This document shows, in pieces, positions 23,218-33,900 of a stretch of DNA of 64,000 nt. A program made the position numbers and the translations under genes. Every line of letters starts with the position of its first letter. Positions within the stretch are counted from its first letter, which is position 1. The stretch comes from Parcubacteria group bacterium (GTDB taxonomy: Bacteria; Patescibacteriota; Minisyncoccia; Phycocordibacterales; UBA2135): the NCBI GenBank assembly GCA_016176785.1, contig JACOWN010000004.1:12558-76557 (forward strand). Reading direction: 5' to 3'. Below the pieces are notes generated by a model, which made no database searches, was not told the DNA's origin, and saw only the letters and a list, made by a program, of their open reading frames with translations.

Positions 23218-25164
23218 ATGATGCACAAGAAAAAACCTGCGTCTCGGCGCGCCCGAGAACTGTCCGCCGACGGAACGCTTCGCATCGGGAGGAACGGCAT
23301 CGGATATTTTCGCGGCGACGGCGCAGAGGAAGAAATTGAGATTGACCCCGCGTATTTGAACACCGCGCTCCACGGCGACCGCGTGCGCGTCCGCCTTGAC
23401 CCCGTGCGTCGGGAACCGCAAACCGGCGAGGTCGCGGCGATCCTTTCGCGCGCAAAAGAACGTTTCGTCGGAACGCTTAAAAAAGAAAACGGCGTTCTTT
23501 TCATTGACCCTGACGACCGCCGCATGTACACCGATATCATTATTCCGGAGGGAAAAAACAAAAACGCGCGCGTGGGTACCAAGGTGGTCGGGAAAATCGG
23601 TGCGTGGGACGACCCGAAAAAGAATCCGGTCGGCGAAGTGGCGCGCGTCCTCGGCGCGGTCGGGAACAATGAAGTGGAAATGGAGGCGATCGTCCTTGAC
23701 CGCGGTTTTGCATCAACCTTTCCCGAAGCGGCGGAGCGCGCGGCGCAGAGCTTGAAACGCGACGCGCCCCGCATGTTTAAAACGGAAGAAGCGATGCGGC
23801 GCGACCTCCGCGCGCACACCGTCTTCACCATTGACCCTGAAGACGCAAAGGACTTTGATGACGCGCTTTCGGTCCGCGCGCTTCCCAACGGCCGTTTTGA
23901 GGTCGGCGTGCACATTGCCGACCCGACGTTTTACGTCCCCCGCGGGTCGGTCCTCGACCGAGAGGCGGCGCTGCGCGGCACTTCGGTTTATCTCGTTGAC
24001 CGGACCATTCCCATGCTGCCGGAGGTGCTGTCAAACGATCTCTGCAGTTTGAATCCGGACGAAGACAAACTCTCCTTCTCCGCTATTTTTGAACTGACGG
24101 CGGACGCCGCCGTCACCGAGCGGTGGTTCGGCAAAACGATCATACGCTCGTCAAAACGGTTCTCCTACGAAGAAGCGCAAGAAGCGCTTGACAGCCGCCG
24201 CGGGCCGTACGTCGAACAGCTTCTCACGCTCAACCGCCTCTCACGCGCACTGGCGAAAAAACGCACGGACGCCGGCGCGATCGAGTTTGACCAGCGGGAG
24301 GTGCGCTTCAAGCTCGATTCCCGCGGCGTTCCGATCGGCGTCTACGAAAAACGGCGGCTTGCAACCCACAAACTTATTGAACAATTCATGGTGCTCGCCA
24401 ATAACGAAGTCGCGCACTTCATGTCAACGCGCGACAAAAAAATTGACGAGACGTTCGTATACCGCGTTCACGACATACCGAACGAAGAGCGCATGAACGA
24501 GATCGTCAACCTGATGCACGCGCTCGGGTACGATGTTCCGCGCGGCAAGACGCGATGGTCGGCCCGCGACGTGAACGCACTCCTTCAAATGGCAAAGGGC
24601 AAGGCGCATGAGGACATCGTGGAGCTTGCGACCATTCAGGCGATGGCGAAGGCGGTTTACTCAACAAAAAACATCGGGCATTTCGGCCTTTCGCTTTCCC
24701 ACTACACGCATTTCACCTCGCCCATACGCCGCTATCCCGACATGATGGCGCACCGCCTTCTTGCGCGCTATCTTGCGGGAGCGCGGGTCCCTGCCGGAGA
24801 TCTCCACGAGTACGAGGCGCTCTCGCGCTACGCGACGGAGCGGGAGATCGCGGCGCAAGATGCCGAGCGCGCCTCGCAGAAATTCAAACACGCCGAATAC
24901 ATGGCAAAACGGGTCGGCACAACGTACGACGGCACTATCACTGGCTTCACCGAGAAGGGAATGTTCGTCCGCACCGAAGAGACGCTTTCCGAGGGGATGG
25001 TCCGTTTCCGCGACATTAAAGACGACTACTACATGCTTGACGAGACGACCTTCAGCGTCGTGGGGCAGAAAAAGAAGCGAAAGTTCTCCCTCGGCGACAA
25101 AGTAAAAATACGCGTTAAAAACGTGAACGTAGAGAAGCGGCTGATCGATTTTGAATTCGCCTGA
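23218..25164 (+). CDS. rnr: Ribonuclease R (RNB-family 3'-5' exoribonuclease) with a C-terminal S1 domain.
   Basis: RNB catalytic region (FTIDPEDAKDFDDALS) and a C-terminal S1-like KVKIRVKNVNVEKRLIDFEF; 648 aa. Confidence 0.9.
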   Translation: MMHKKKPASRRARELSADGTLRIGRNGIGYFRGDGAEEEIEIDPAYLNTALHGDRVRVRLDPVRREPQTGEVAAILSRAKERFVGTLKKENGVLFIDPDDRRMYTDIIIPEGKNKNARVGTKVVGKIGAWDDPKKNPVGEVARVLGAVGNNEVEMEAIVLDRGFASTFPEAAERAAQSLKRDAPRMFKTEEAMRRDLRAHTVFTIDPEDAKDFDDALSVRALPNGRFEVGVHIADPTFYVPRGSVLDREAALRGTSVYLVDRTIPMLPEVLSNDLCSLNPDEDKLSFSAIFELTADAAVTERWFGKTIIRSSKRFSYEEAQEALDSRRGPYVEQLLTLNRLSRALAKKRTDAGAIEFDQREVRFKLDSRGVPIGVYEKRRLATHKLIEQFMVLANNEVAHFMSTRDKKIDETFVYRVHDIPNEERMNEIVNLMHALGYDVPRGKTRWSARDVNALLQMAKGKAHEDIVELATIQAMAKAVYSTKNIGHFGLSLSHYTHFTSPIRRYPDMMAHRLLARYLAGARVPAGDLHEYEALSRYATEREIAAQDAERASQKFKHAEYMAKRVGTTYDGTITGFTEKGMFVRTEETLSEGMVRFRDIKDDYYMLDETTFSVVGQKKKRKFSLGDKVKIRVKNVNVEKRLIDFEFA

Positions 25165-25168
25165 TAAT

Positions 25169-25219
25169 GTAGAACATCGGGTGTTGAACAAAACAATGTT
25201 CAACATCGGGTGTTGAACA
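25169..25219. repeat. Two tandem copies of the TGTTCAACATCGGGTGTTGAACA palindrome: one with a degenerate left arm and one perfect.
   Basis: GTAGAACATCGGGTGTTGAACA, AAACAA, then TGTTCAACATCGGGTGTTGAACA, in the rnr/rplU convergent gap. Confidence 0.9.
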
Positions 25220-25235
25220 AGCGGTGTCACGGAAA

Positions 25236-25260
25236 ATGGAGGCGTAACGCCTCCATTTTT
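25236..25260. terminator. Intrinsic terminator for rnr; it also abuts the rplU stop.
   Basis: ATGGAGGCGTAACGCCTCCATTTTT. Confidence 0.65.
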
Positions 25261-25567
25261 ATTTCACTTTTATTTTTGCGTACGGCTGCCGATGGCCCCT
25301 TTTCTTGTGGTAACGGACCTTCGCGCGAAAACGGACGACGGTTACCTTTTTCCCCCTCCCCTCCTCAACGAACTCCGCCTCAACCTTCGCCCCTTCTACG
25401 TACGGCGTCCCGATTTTTGTTTCCGTGCCGTCATCCCACAGAAGCACTTTATCAAACACCACCGTGTCACCGGCGGCATGCCCTCCCCCGAGTTTTTCTA
25501 TTTTCAGTGCTTTTCCCGGCTCCACTTTATACTGCTTTCCGCCGGTTTCAATAATCGCGAATTTCAT
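25259..25567 (-). CDS. rplU: 50S ribosomal protein L21.
   Basis: MKFAIIETGGKQYKV...VRFRAKVRYHKKRGHRQPYAKIKV. Confidence 0.9.
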   Translation of the reverse strand: MKFAIIETGGKQYKVEPGKALKIEKLGGGHAAGDTVVFDKVLLWDDGTETKIGTPYVEGAKVEAEFVEEGRGKKVTVVRFRAKVRYHKKRGHRQPYAKIKVK

Positions 25568-25606
25568 AGTGCTCTTATCCTAGATGCAAAGAAGCCAAAA
25601 GTCAAA

Positions 25607-26668
25607 CTACTCTTCACCCATCTGCGGTTTCTCAAGAAAAAGCGGCTCGACGCCCGCGTCTTTTCCCGTTATGCGAACGACGTCTTTGTCAATTTTCTTA
25701 AACTCCTTGTGCGCCGCGTTGTAATGCGACACCGTCGTCTGCAGCGAACCGCCGAGTTTGTGCAAAAAGCCGTCGTAACTTTCAATGTGCCGCCCCAACT
25801 CCCCCACCCGTTTGATGATCCCCTCCGCCCGCTCCTCGATCTGGAGCGCTCGCAGGCCCTGCAGTACGGTCTGGAGATACGCGAGGAACGAGGTCGGCGA
25901 GACAATGATGACTTTATATTTGCTTGCGGCGCGCTGGATAAGATTTTCGGTGTCGTCGGTCACCGCGCCGATCTTGTTGACAAGGAGGTCGTAATAGATC
26001 GCCTCGTGCGGGATGAACATAAAAGCGAAGTTCATCGTGCGCTCATCAGGCCGCACGTATTTGGCCGTTTCAACGATCCGATTCTTGAGGTCGTTCACGA
26101 ACACCTTTTCAAGACGCTCGCGCTCGGTCGGGTCTTTTGCCTCCGCGAGGCGGTTGTAATTTTCAAGCGAGAATTTGGAGTCAATGGGGATGATGCGGTC
26201 TTTCACAAAAACCACGGCGTCAACGATCTCGCCGTTGGAAAACGCGTACTGCATCTGGTAGTCGTCCGCGGAGAGAACATTTTTGAGGAGCGTTTCAAGG
26301 TAATACTCGCCGAGCACTCCCCGCTGTTTCGGATTCTTCAATATGTCCTGAAGATTTTGAAGCTGTTCGGCGAAACCGACCACCTGACGCCCCGTCTCTT
26401 TAACCGAGGTCAGCTCCTTGGTGATCTCTTTGATGAGGCTGTGCGATGCGCTGTATTGCTCGCGCATGGAATCGTGCATCTGCCGCTGCGATTCCCCCAG
26501 ACGGTCATCAAGCGTCTTGGTAAGCGCGGCGATCTGGTTCTGTATAAGCGTCAAACTGCCGACGCCGCTGTCGGCGCTTCGCTCCCGCGAGCGAAAGAGG
26601 GCCCAAAGGAAAATCCCCGCCGCAAGAGCGCCGACCGTGATACCGATGCCGAGCAGGAAGTAATTCAT
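25607..26668 (-). CDS. rmuC: DNA recombination protein RmuC.
   Basis: N-terminal TM helix then a coiled-coil, and the RmuC conserved C-terminal region (…VIIVSPTSFLAYLQTV…); 353 aa. Confidence 0.8.
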   Translation of the reverse strand: MNYFLLGIGITVGALAAGIFLWALFRSRERSADSGVGSLTLIQNQIAALTKTLDDRLGESQRQMHDSMREQYSASHSLIKEITKELTSVKETGRQVVGFAEQLQNLQDILKNPKQRGVLGEYYLETLLKNVLSADDYQMQYAFSNGEIVDAVVFVKDRIIPIDSKFSLENYNRLAEAKDPTERERLEKVFVNDLKNRIVETAKYVRPDERTMNFAFMFIPHEAIYYDLLVNKIGAVTDDTENLIQRAASKYKVIIVSPTSFLAYLQTVLQGLRALQIEERAEGIIKRVGELGRHIESYDGFLHKLGGSLQTTVSHYNAAHKEFKKIDKDVVRITGKDAGVEPLFLEKPQMGEE

Positions 26669-26688
26669 GGGTTATGTGACCGCCGAGC

Positions 26689-27654
26689 TCAGAGAAGCAG
26701 GCTCGCGGCAAAAAAGCCGAAGTATACCAAGAGTAGCATGACCGCTTCAAAACGGGTAATCCGATTCGCGGTGTAAACGAACAGGTGAAAAAAGAGGAAC
26801 GCGATAAAGAGAGCCGCCGCAACGAACACGAAATTCTCCGTCGTTTCAATGACGATGGGCTGTATAATGGCGACGAGACCGACGACCGCCGCCGCCTTGA
26901 ACGCAATGGAGCCGAGCGCGTTGCCGAGCATCGCCTGCGCTTGTCCCGCCGCAACGGCGCGGATCGAGAAAATGAGTTCCGGCAATACGGTGCCGAGTGC
27001 GAGCACGATCGCGCCGAACAAAAGGTACTGCGACGCGAAATAGGTTTGAACGATCTCCCGCGCGGACCATATCAACAAAAATGAACTCGCGAGCAGGACG
27101 GCGACGCCGAGCAAAAAACGGGAAAGATGATGAAAGACATGCCCCACCGAACGCAGGCCCGGATGACGGTGGGCGGGCGTCATTTCTTTGTGGAAATACT
27201 CTTTGTCGCGAAAAATTTTTATGAGGTAGAGCGCGAAAACGCCGATGAGCACAAAACCGTCGCCGCGCGATATCGTCCCGTCCGCGCCCAAAAGGATGGG
27301 GAGGACGCCGATCAAAAAAATAAGCCAGAAATTTTGCGACGATATCCTGCCGTCCCCGCGCACCGCTCCGGAAATGATGACCGCCGCGCCTATGACGAGC
27401 GTGATGTCCGCAAGATTTGAGCCGAAAATGTTGCCGAGCGAAAGTGTCGGCACCCCCTGGAACGCGGATGAGATGCCGATAAAAAGCTCCGGAACCGACG
27501 TTGCGAGCGCCACGAAAAAAAAGGCGGTGATGAACTGCGAAAGTTTCAATATCTCCGCGATGCCGCCGACTGCGCGCGGAAGCAATCGTCCCGCCCAGGT
27601 GATAAGCGCCAGCGATCCGGCAAAAATGAAAAAGGAGAAGTCCATATATGACAC
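26689..27654 (-). CDS. Ca2+/Na+ antiporter (CaCA/YrbG family).
   Basis: Two alpha-repeat motifs, GNIFGSNLAD and GNALGSIAFKAAAVVG, and about 10 TM helices. Confidence 0.8.
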   Translation of the reverse strand: MSYMDFSFFIFAGSLALITWAGRLLPRAVGGIAEILKLSQFITAFFFVALATSVPELFIGISSAFQGVPTLSLGNIFGSNLADITLVIGAAVIISGAVRGDGRISSQNFWLIFLIGVLPILLGADGTISRGDGFVLIGVFALYLIKIFRDKEYFHKEMTPAHRHPGLRSVGHVFHHLSRFLLGVAVLLASSFLLIWSAREIVQTYFASQYLLFGAIVLALGTVLPELIFSIRAVAAGQAQAMLGNALGSIAFKAAAVVGLVAIIQPIVIETTENFVFVAAALFIAFLFFHLFVYTANRITRFEAVMLLLVYFGFFAASLLL

Positions 27655-27751
27655 TTTTATTATACCATGCGCGCCAGTGAGACGTTATTGGCGTACCGTG
27701 TGGTATGATAAAAAGACGAACGCATCATAATGCATTTTTTATAAAACCCGC

Positions 27752-28207
27752 ATGACATTACACGAACAAATACAACGCGACGTGAAGGAAGCGCTTAAGG
27801 CGCGGGACGAAGCGCGTTTGCGCGCCGCGCGGAACCTTCTCGCGGCACTCACGAACGAACTTGTCGCGAAACGGCAAAAACCGAATGAGATACTTTCCGA
27901 CGAAAACACGCTCGCCGTGGTAAAACGGCTCGCGAAACAGCGGCGCGAATCGATCGAACTCTACGAGAAAGGGGGGAGGCCGGAACTTGCGGCGGCGGAA
28001 CGCGCGGAGCTCGGCTATCTTGAGGGCTTTCTTCCGGAACTCATGTCCGAGGATGAGATCCGCGCGGTTGTTATGAGTAAAAAAGCGGAACTCAACATAA
28101 CCGACGCCGCAGGCGTCGGGCGCCTCACGGGCGCCGTCATGCAGGCACTCAAAGGCCGCGCCGATGGAGCGCGCGTGAAAGCGATAGTTGAGGAACTTTT
28201 GCGCTAG
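27752..28207 (+). CDS. GatB/YqeY domain protein.
   Basis: 151 aa with a YqeY-like pattern (…AALTNELVAKRQK…KQRRESIELYEKGGRPELAAAE…). Confidence 0.8.
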   Translation: MTLHEQIQRDVKEALKARDEARLRAARNLLAALTNELVAKRQKPNEILSDENTLAVVKRLAKQRRESIELYEKGGRPELAAAERAELGYLEGFLPELMSEDEIRAVVMSKKAELNITDAAGVGRLTGAVMQALKGRADGARVKAIVEELLR

Positions 28208-28209
28208 GG

Positions 28210-28245
28210 TGTGGATAACCCGCCCCAAGGACGGTCCTTTTTGGG
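28210..28245. repeat. Composite repeat, copy b, in inverted orientation: TGTGGATAA followed by the CCAAGGACGGTCCTTTTT palindrome.
   Basis: It is the reverse complement of copy a. Confidence 0.85.
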
Positions 28246-28325
28246 CCTTAATTGACAGTGGAGGCGTCACCTGTTAGTTTCAAGATAGGAAAACTTGCGC
28301 CCAGACAGGAAGGGCAAAGAAACAA

Positions 28326-29033
28326 ATGCGCATATCCCGCCGTGTAGTGACCGTTGCTCTGCTCTTTCTTGGTCTTACAATCATTCCGGTACTCGCCGCA
28401 CCAGATGCTCCCCAGATAAGCGAGGACGAAGCGCGCGAAGCGATGCGCGCAAAGACCTCTCTTGAAATCGCTGCTCGGAACGATCTGAGCTGGGAGGAGC
28501 TCGGGAGAGCGATCCCGCTTCGCGGACTCAAACTTGAATACACCGCAACGGATGAAGATGTCGGCGAGACGATTCTCAAGACCGGCGGGATCACGCGCGA
28601 AAAAGCGGCGATGTCTATCTTCAGGAGAGCTGAACTGGAAATCGTTCAGGCATTTTTGGAGGGAAATCCAAATCGTGCGTATGAGGTCTTTGTGAAAATG
28701 CTTGCGGAGGTGCACGCGAAGCTCGTCGCCTATCTCAACCTTCCCCGCGGCAGTTCCTGGGAAGCTATCCGGCGCGTAAGCGCTTTGAAACAACTCGGGC
28801 TTGAACGCGACTACTCCGGCGACGGCGTGGCGCGTATGTCCGTCGGGGAAATCGGCAGGTATTTCGTAGCACAGTGGCGAGAGAGTTTCGCCGGAAACCT
28901 CGACATGCCGAGAGAAGCGCCGTGGGAAGAGTTGTTCCGGCGGGTTTGGATGCGAGAGGTCGGCCTTCCGGATGATGCGCCGACGACGACATGGCGGGAC
29001 ATATTCATTTTGGACGCCGCAAACACGAAGTAG
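28326..29033 (+). CDS. Hypothetical secreted protein with an N-terminal signal peptide.
   Basis: MRISRRVVTVALLFLGLTIIPVLAAP signal peptide; followed by a strong intrinsic terminator. It is preferred over the antisense ORF 28248..29048. Confidence 0.6.
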   Translation: MRISRRVVTVALLFLGLTIIPVLAAPDAPQISEDEAREAMRAKTSLEIAARNDLSWEELGRAIPLRGLKLEYTATDEDVGETILKTGGITREKAAMSIFRRAELEIVQAFLEGNPNRAYEVFVKMLAEVHAKLVAYLNLPRGSSWEAIRRVSALKQLGLERDYSGDGVARMSVGEIGRYFVAQWRESFAGNLDMPREAPWEELFRRVWMREVGLPDDAPTTTWRDIFILDAANTK

Positions 29034-29047
29034 CGATTTCGGGGTCA

Positions 29048-29072
29048 TGCGTTTGAACCGGCAGACCGTCTG
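29048..29072 (+). terminator. Intrinsic terminator.
   Basis: CCGGCAGACCGTCTGCCGGTTTTTT. Confidence 0.7.
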
Positions 29073-29158
29073 CCGGTTTTTTCTTTGCGCCGTAAAGGGT
29101 TGATTTTTTTAGAAATAATGTTACAATGTAAAAAGCATAGAACGACGGGGGGTGAAAA

Positions 29159-29455
29159 ATGGACGATATCTCGCAGCTAGTAAGTCACGCGGCACGTAAA
29201 ATCGCGGGGGGAGACAACCCCGTTGCCGCGGTGCGCGCGACGCTCAAAAACCTTCGCGGGATGCTTCCCGCGGAAGAGTACGAGACGTTGAAGAGTAATA
29301 TATTTAGAGAGCTCGGTCGGAGAGGCGCCGCCGCGCGAAAGGCAAGGCGGCGCGCTCGAGAAGCGGAGAAAGAGAGGCGCCGCGCCGTCCTTGAACAAGA
29401 CATGGCGGACGCGGCAATGGAACGCAACGACCACCTCCTCCCCGATGACGACTAG
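29159..29455 (+). CDS. Hypothetical small protein, 98 aa, Arg/Glu-rich.
   Basis: An ORF with an RBS-like GGGGGGTG upstream and a terminator immediately downstream. It is preferred over antisense ORF 29177..29434. Confidence 0.45.
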   Translation: MDDISQLVSHAARKIAGGDNPVAAVRATLKNLRGMLPAEEYETLKSNIFRELGRRGAAARKARRRAREAEKERRRAVLEQDMADAAMERNDHLLPDDD

Positions 29456-29477
29456 AGGCCCGCGCTGGCCTCTTTTT
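29455..29477 (+). terminator. Intrinsic terminator.
   Basis: GAGGCCCGCGCTGGCCTCTTTTTC. Confidence 0.65.
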
Positions 29478-29491
29478 CTTTTGCGTTATAC

Positions 29492-30175
29492 TTGAGGGGT
29501 ATGAACGAACTCGTCAATTATTTAATCGCCGGCGGCGTTCTCAAGACGCCCCGCCTCATTGCGGCATTCCGCGCCATAGATCGCGCGGAGTTCGTTCTGC
29601 CGGAATTGAAACACGAAGCGTATCTTGATGTTCCCCTTTCAATCGGTTACGGCCAGACCATTTCCCAGCCGACGACGGTCGCCATGCTTCTTGAGTGGCT
29701 CCAACCGAAAGAGGGAAACAAAATCTTGGACGTCGGTTCCGGTTCCGGCTGGACAACGGCTCTTCTCTCCTCAATCGTCGGCGCAACAGGCCGCGTCATT
29801 GGCGTAGAATTAATTTCCGAACTCGCGGAGTTCGGGAGGCAAAACGTCGCAAAATACAACTTTATTAAAACAGGCATCGCCGAACTCAGGAACGAAAGCG
29901 CGGAATACGGTTTTCCCAAAGACGCTCCCTTTGACCGCATTCTCTCCGGAGCATCTGCAACGCGCGTGCCGTCGGCGTGGAGGGAACAGCTCGCCGTCGG
30001 CGGACGCATGGTTCTGCCCGTCAAAGATTCGGTCTGGCTGTTCGTCAAAAATCCCGACGGCTCGTTCGCTGAGGAGGAATACCCCGGCTTTGCCTTTGTC
30101 CCCTTCGTAAAGGGGACCGACGAACCTGAAAAGGACGGTTCTTTTTCAAGTTATCCACATGTGGATAACCCCTAA
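29492..30175 (+). CDS. pcm: Protein-L-isoaspartate O-methyltransferase.
   Basis: GYGQTISQPTTVAMLLEWL and the SAM motif ILDVGSGSGWTTALLS. The last 17 codons are encoded by repeat copy c. Confidence 0.85.
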   Translation: MRGMNELVNYLIAGGVLKTPRLIAAFRAIDRAEFVLPELKHEAYLDVPLSIGYGQTISQPTTVAMLLEWLQPKEGNKILDVGSGSGWTTALLSSIVGATGRVIGVELISELAEFGRQNVAKYNFIKTGIAELRNESAEYGFPKDAPFDRILSGASATRVPSAWREQLAVGGRMVLPVKDSVWLFVKNPDGSFAEEEYPGFAFVPFVKGTDEPEKDGSFSSYPHVDNP

Positions 30176-30205
30176 AAGGACCGTCCTTGGCGGTGTTTAT
30201 CCACA
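30128..30205. repeat. Composite repeat, copy c, the most complex one: palindrome, then TTATCCACA abutting TGTGGATAA (inverted DnaA boxes), then palindrome, then TTTATCCACAGG.
   Basis: It lies at the pcm/mpg convergent junction and supplies both stop codons. Confidence 0.85.
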
Positions 30206-30846
30206 GGGTATACGAAGCGATATGGCTTTTTTGACCACACGGGACCAGCGTAGCGGATGCCGATCCTCGGCGTTCGCTGGATGTCCCTCGTTTTTATTTT
30301 AATCCCCCTGTCTTCTATCCAGAGCCCCGTCTTGAAACCGAGTTTTTTTGCGTTGAGCTTTTTGCCAATCTTAAGCGCTCTCGTTAATTTTCCCGGCCCG
30401 TCAAACCTCCGGATATCGGACTCCCGTCTAACGGGCGCAACCCCGCGGATCAAAATTGCCGCCGGATACCCGCGCTTTCCCGTCACGATGTTCAACATCC
30501 AGTGCATGCCATAAGTGAAATACACATATATGCGCCCCGCCTCGCCGAACATCACTTCATTCCGCGCGGTTCTTCTCCTGTGCGCGTGAGACGCTTTGTC
30601 GCGGAAACCGTCATACGCTTCCGTCTCGGTAATCATCGCGGCGATTTCCCGCCTCCCCATTTTCCGCACCAAAAATTTTCCCACGAGCTCCCGCGCGACC
30701 GTAACGGTCGCGCGGGTAAAAAACGCCGCTGTAAGTTTTTTTCGGCCCGTTGATGTTCGGCGTGATGCCCGGTGAATATATGTTGCCGTATCTCCCACAT
30801 TAAAAACTATATCACATGCCGGCCGCCGCCAGACGGAGACGCCCAC
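30172..30846 (-). CDS. DNA-3-methyladenine glycosylase (Mpg/AAG family).
   Basis: …TVARELVGKFLVRK…ITETEAYDGFRDKASHA… matches the AAG-family signature. The true start may lie internal to the ORF. The C-terminal 12 codons are encoded by repeat copy c. Confidence 0.75.
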   Translation of the reverse strand: MGVSVWRRPACDIVFNVGDTATYIHRASRRTSTGRKKLTAAFFTRATVTVARELVGKFLVRKMGRREIAAMITETEAYDGFRDKASHAHRRRTARNEVMFGEAGRIYVYFTYGMHWMLNIVTGKRGYPAAILIRGVAPVRRESDIRRFDGPGKLTRALKIGKKLNAKKLGFKTGLWIEDRGIKIKTRDIQRTPRIGIRYAGPVWSKKPYRFVYPVDKHRQGRSF

Positions 30847-30914
30847 GCACGGAGAGGCCGCGAAGGCACATTAGACAATCTTTGTTTTTTTGCACAAGTT
30901 GAGGCCGCGCCGAG

Positions 30915-33900
30915 GTGCGGATAAAATGGAGGCAGAAAACACGGCGCCCTCCCCCTTTCTCGGAGTATCCGACAGACATGTCGAACCGACTATATCCGTT
31001 TGACGAAAGCCGCCTCAAGTCGCTCTTTGAAAATTTTACCGGAGAACCTTTCAGAGCAGAGCTTGAGAAATACATCCGCGAGGAAATACTTCCCAAAATT
31101 CCCAACCCCAAGACTGGAGCGCGCGGCAACGCCCTGAATCCCGCGCTACGCGCCGCCATTGAATACGGCAGACGTCACGGCCTTTTGAAGCCCGGGCATT
31201 TGGTGATGAGTTCCGCGCTTGACGCCTGGAACGAGGAACAAAAAAAGCGTTTCCGCGAACTCTACGAAAGCGGCGCCTCGTATCGCGCCATCGCGGAGGA
31301 CCCGCTTCTCAAAGACGCTATCGCCGATTTCAAAAGCCGCACCACCGCCGTCAGCAATGCCGCGGAGCGTCTCAGGTGCGACAAGGCGAAGCGGCGGCAG
31401 GCGAAAAGAACGACTCACGAAGCAAAGAAAATTGACTCCGTATGGGGCCTGCCGGGATTCAAGGAGCGCGTGCACGCCATCGTATTGAGCGGCGCATTGG
31501 TTGATTCGGGTCCAGATGCGCTTTTTGAACTCCTTCGTAAGGAGTTTGCCGAAACCGCCAAAACATACCACCTTACGTTCAGCAAGAGCGCCTTCAAAAA
31601 GCGGCTTTACGAGCTTCTCTGGCCCCCGGACGTCGACAAGGCGCTCCAAGAGGTGATACGGGCTCGTATGGACCCCAAAAAAGAGTTCTGCCCGCTTTTC
31701 CCCCATATTCCGGAGAGCATGGTAGAACGCCGTGCGCGGTGGCACCGCGGCGTTATCACAACCAGCAAACGTTCAGGCAGGGCGGTGCCCGGTATTTTCC
31801 GCGTTCCCGCGCGAGCCGAGTTCGGCGACCTTTCAAAGTTCCGCATGCCGCAGACAAGTTTTCGCAAGCCATGTGAAATTGCGTTTGCGGACGACAAAAA
31901 CGACTGGACGCTTATGTTTCTGAACGGCGCAAATATCGGAACGCAGTATCCCGCGGACATCGTCGGCAATCCCGTGCGACGCGCGCTTTCTGACGCCGAG
32001 TTTCGGGGTGACCGCGTCGTGTTCGCGACAAACATCCTCGCCATGGAACTCAAGAAGGCCGCTGGCCCACGCAAAGTGGGACGCGCGCTTGTTATGGGCG
32101 ACAATATCAACACTAAAATCTTTGCGGATGAAGAATACCGCCGCGAAGTTGAGGACATTATTGCCAATGCCCCTGAAGACGAGGTTGCATATCAGAACGC
32201 GGAGGAACTCTTGGACAATCTTCTCGCGGGCTGGAGAAAAATCTGCGTCAAACCGAATAAAAAACCGGAATTCACGAGATCAATTTTCGTCATCCTCGGC
32301 TACAACGAAGAAGAAATCATCAAAACAATCGCGTACTGGGACGTGCATTACTGGACCCAACTGAAACAAAACGAATTGAGCGCGAAGATAAAAGTTACCT
32401 CTCTTGCGCTTGCGGCAGCCGAAAGAAACGATGACTGGACGCGTTTTGCCGAGAATGAACGCCGTCTAGAAATCCTGCAGGAGCGCCTTAATCGTACGCG
32501 CGTGACGAATGTTGCGACCCAGGAGTGGCAACGTTTTTACAATCGCGCCCGCGCGCTCGTCGTACGGAAAATTGAACGGGCGATCCCGAACGCAAAAGTC
32601 ATCGGCCAAGGAACGACACTCGTAAAGATCGACGGCGAGATTATTGAAATTAATATTCCGCATCATGACAGAGTAACCGACGCGCTCCTCAAGAACTATG
32701 CCGGAAATTACGGACCGAGGAATCTCCGAGAAATGCTCGCAAAGACCGTCGTTATCTGCGGTCCATGGGGAATCCAGTTCCGCGGGACGGTCCGCGAAGC
32801 CGATTACGACGGCAAGCGCGGTTCAGCGAAGATTTTTGTCGCGCCGATCGATGTTGACGATGCATACCTCCGCGAGATTCTTGCGGACACGGTAAAATCC
32901 GAACACCCGCTTGCAAGGGCGATGTCAAATGACCAGTTTTTCCCCGGCGTTTTGCGCTTAAGCCGCGCCAATGGCGTAATTGATGCGGATTTCGTTCCCG
33001 TCAAAGCGCTTGAGGCGCATAAAAAATATCCCAAACCGCGGCGCCAGAACCGGGATAGCGTAAGGCATTTTTCGCCTTACGCGCAAGGTACAAAGTACAT
33101 CTGGATAGAAATTCCCTCGGACCCTCATTGGGGCGGGCGCTCAAAGGAGTTCGTCACCGATAAGGCAAGCGGCAAGCGTCTCGGCATGGGTGAAGCGGTA
33201 TTTGAGATGCAGCGCCGCGAGGGGCTCTGCGTAGGCACAGCGATGCCGGTGCATATTGTCGCGGTTTGCGATGACCCCTCGCAAGGGCAGAACTTTCCCG
33301 CGCGCACGCAGCCGCATCCGCACGAACTCTCGCCGCAGCGCATTGAAGAGCTTTCGCTCGCACTCATGAAACATGCGGACCGCATACAAGATCCCCAGGA
33401 ATTCCGCGAAATCCTCCGCTCAATGAACCGATTCTACAGTTACCAAATTGAAACTCGCGCCGCTGATTTCCCGCACCACCAGATGTTCCAAATGATCGAA
33501 CGACAAATCATGCCGAATGCGGATATTTGGAGCGCGGTGCTCCGTCGCGCGCGACATGCCGGGCTTGTTGTTCGCGGCTTGAGCGCGTTCCCCGAAGCGC
33601 GCGAAGCATACGCGCTTGCGCGGGAAGACACGCGCGATGTCGGCATCTTGAACTTCGGCTCCGGAAACCACATGGAACACACGGTGAACGGAGAGATTAT
33701 TGAGGGACCGTTCTATGCGTTTATCCTCCGGCTTTTGCTCGGGAAACAGGACGAATGGCACGGCGAGGAGGAATTTCTCCGCCGCATGGTCGCCGCGCCG
33801 CATTACAGCGGCAAAGCGATCGGTTGGGGACGATTCCGCGTCGGTAACGGTTATGAATACGGCCTCGAAGTGCGCGACTCGCCTCCTCGGATGAGCGGCT

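Noticed and set aside
28248-29048. A 266-aa minus-strand ORF opposite the secreted hypothetical protein.
   Set aside because: The plus-strand ORF has a clear signal peptide and a strong intrinsic terminator directly after its stop. The minus ORF has a biased Arg/Pro-rich composition and no expression signals.
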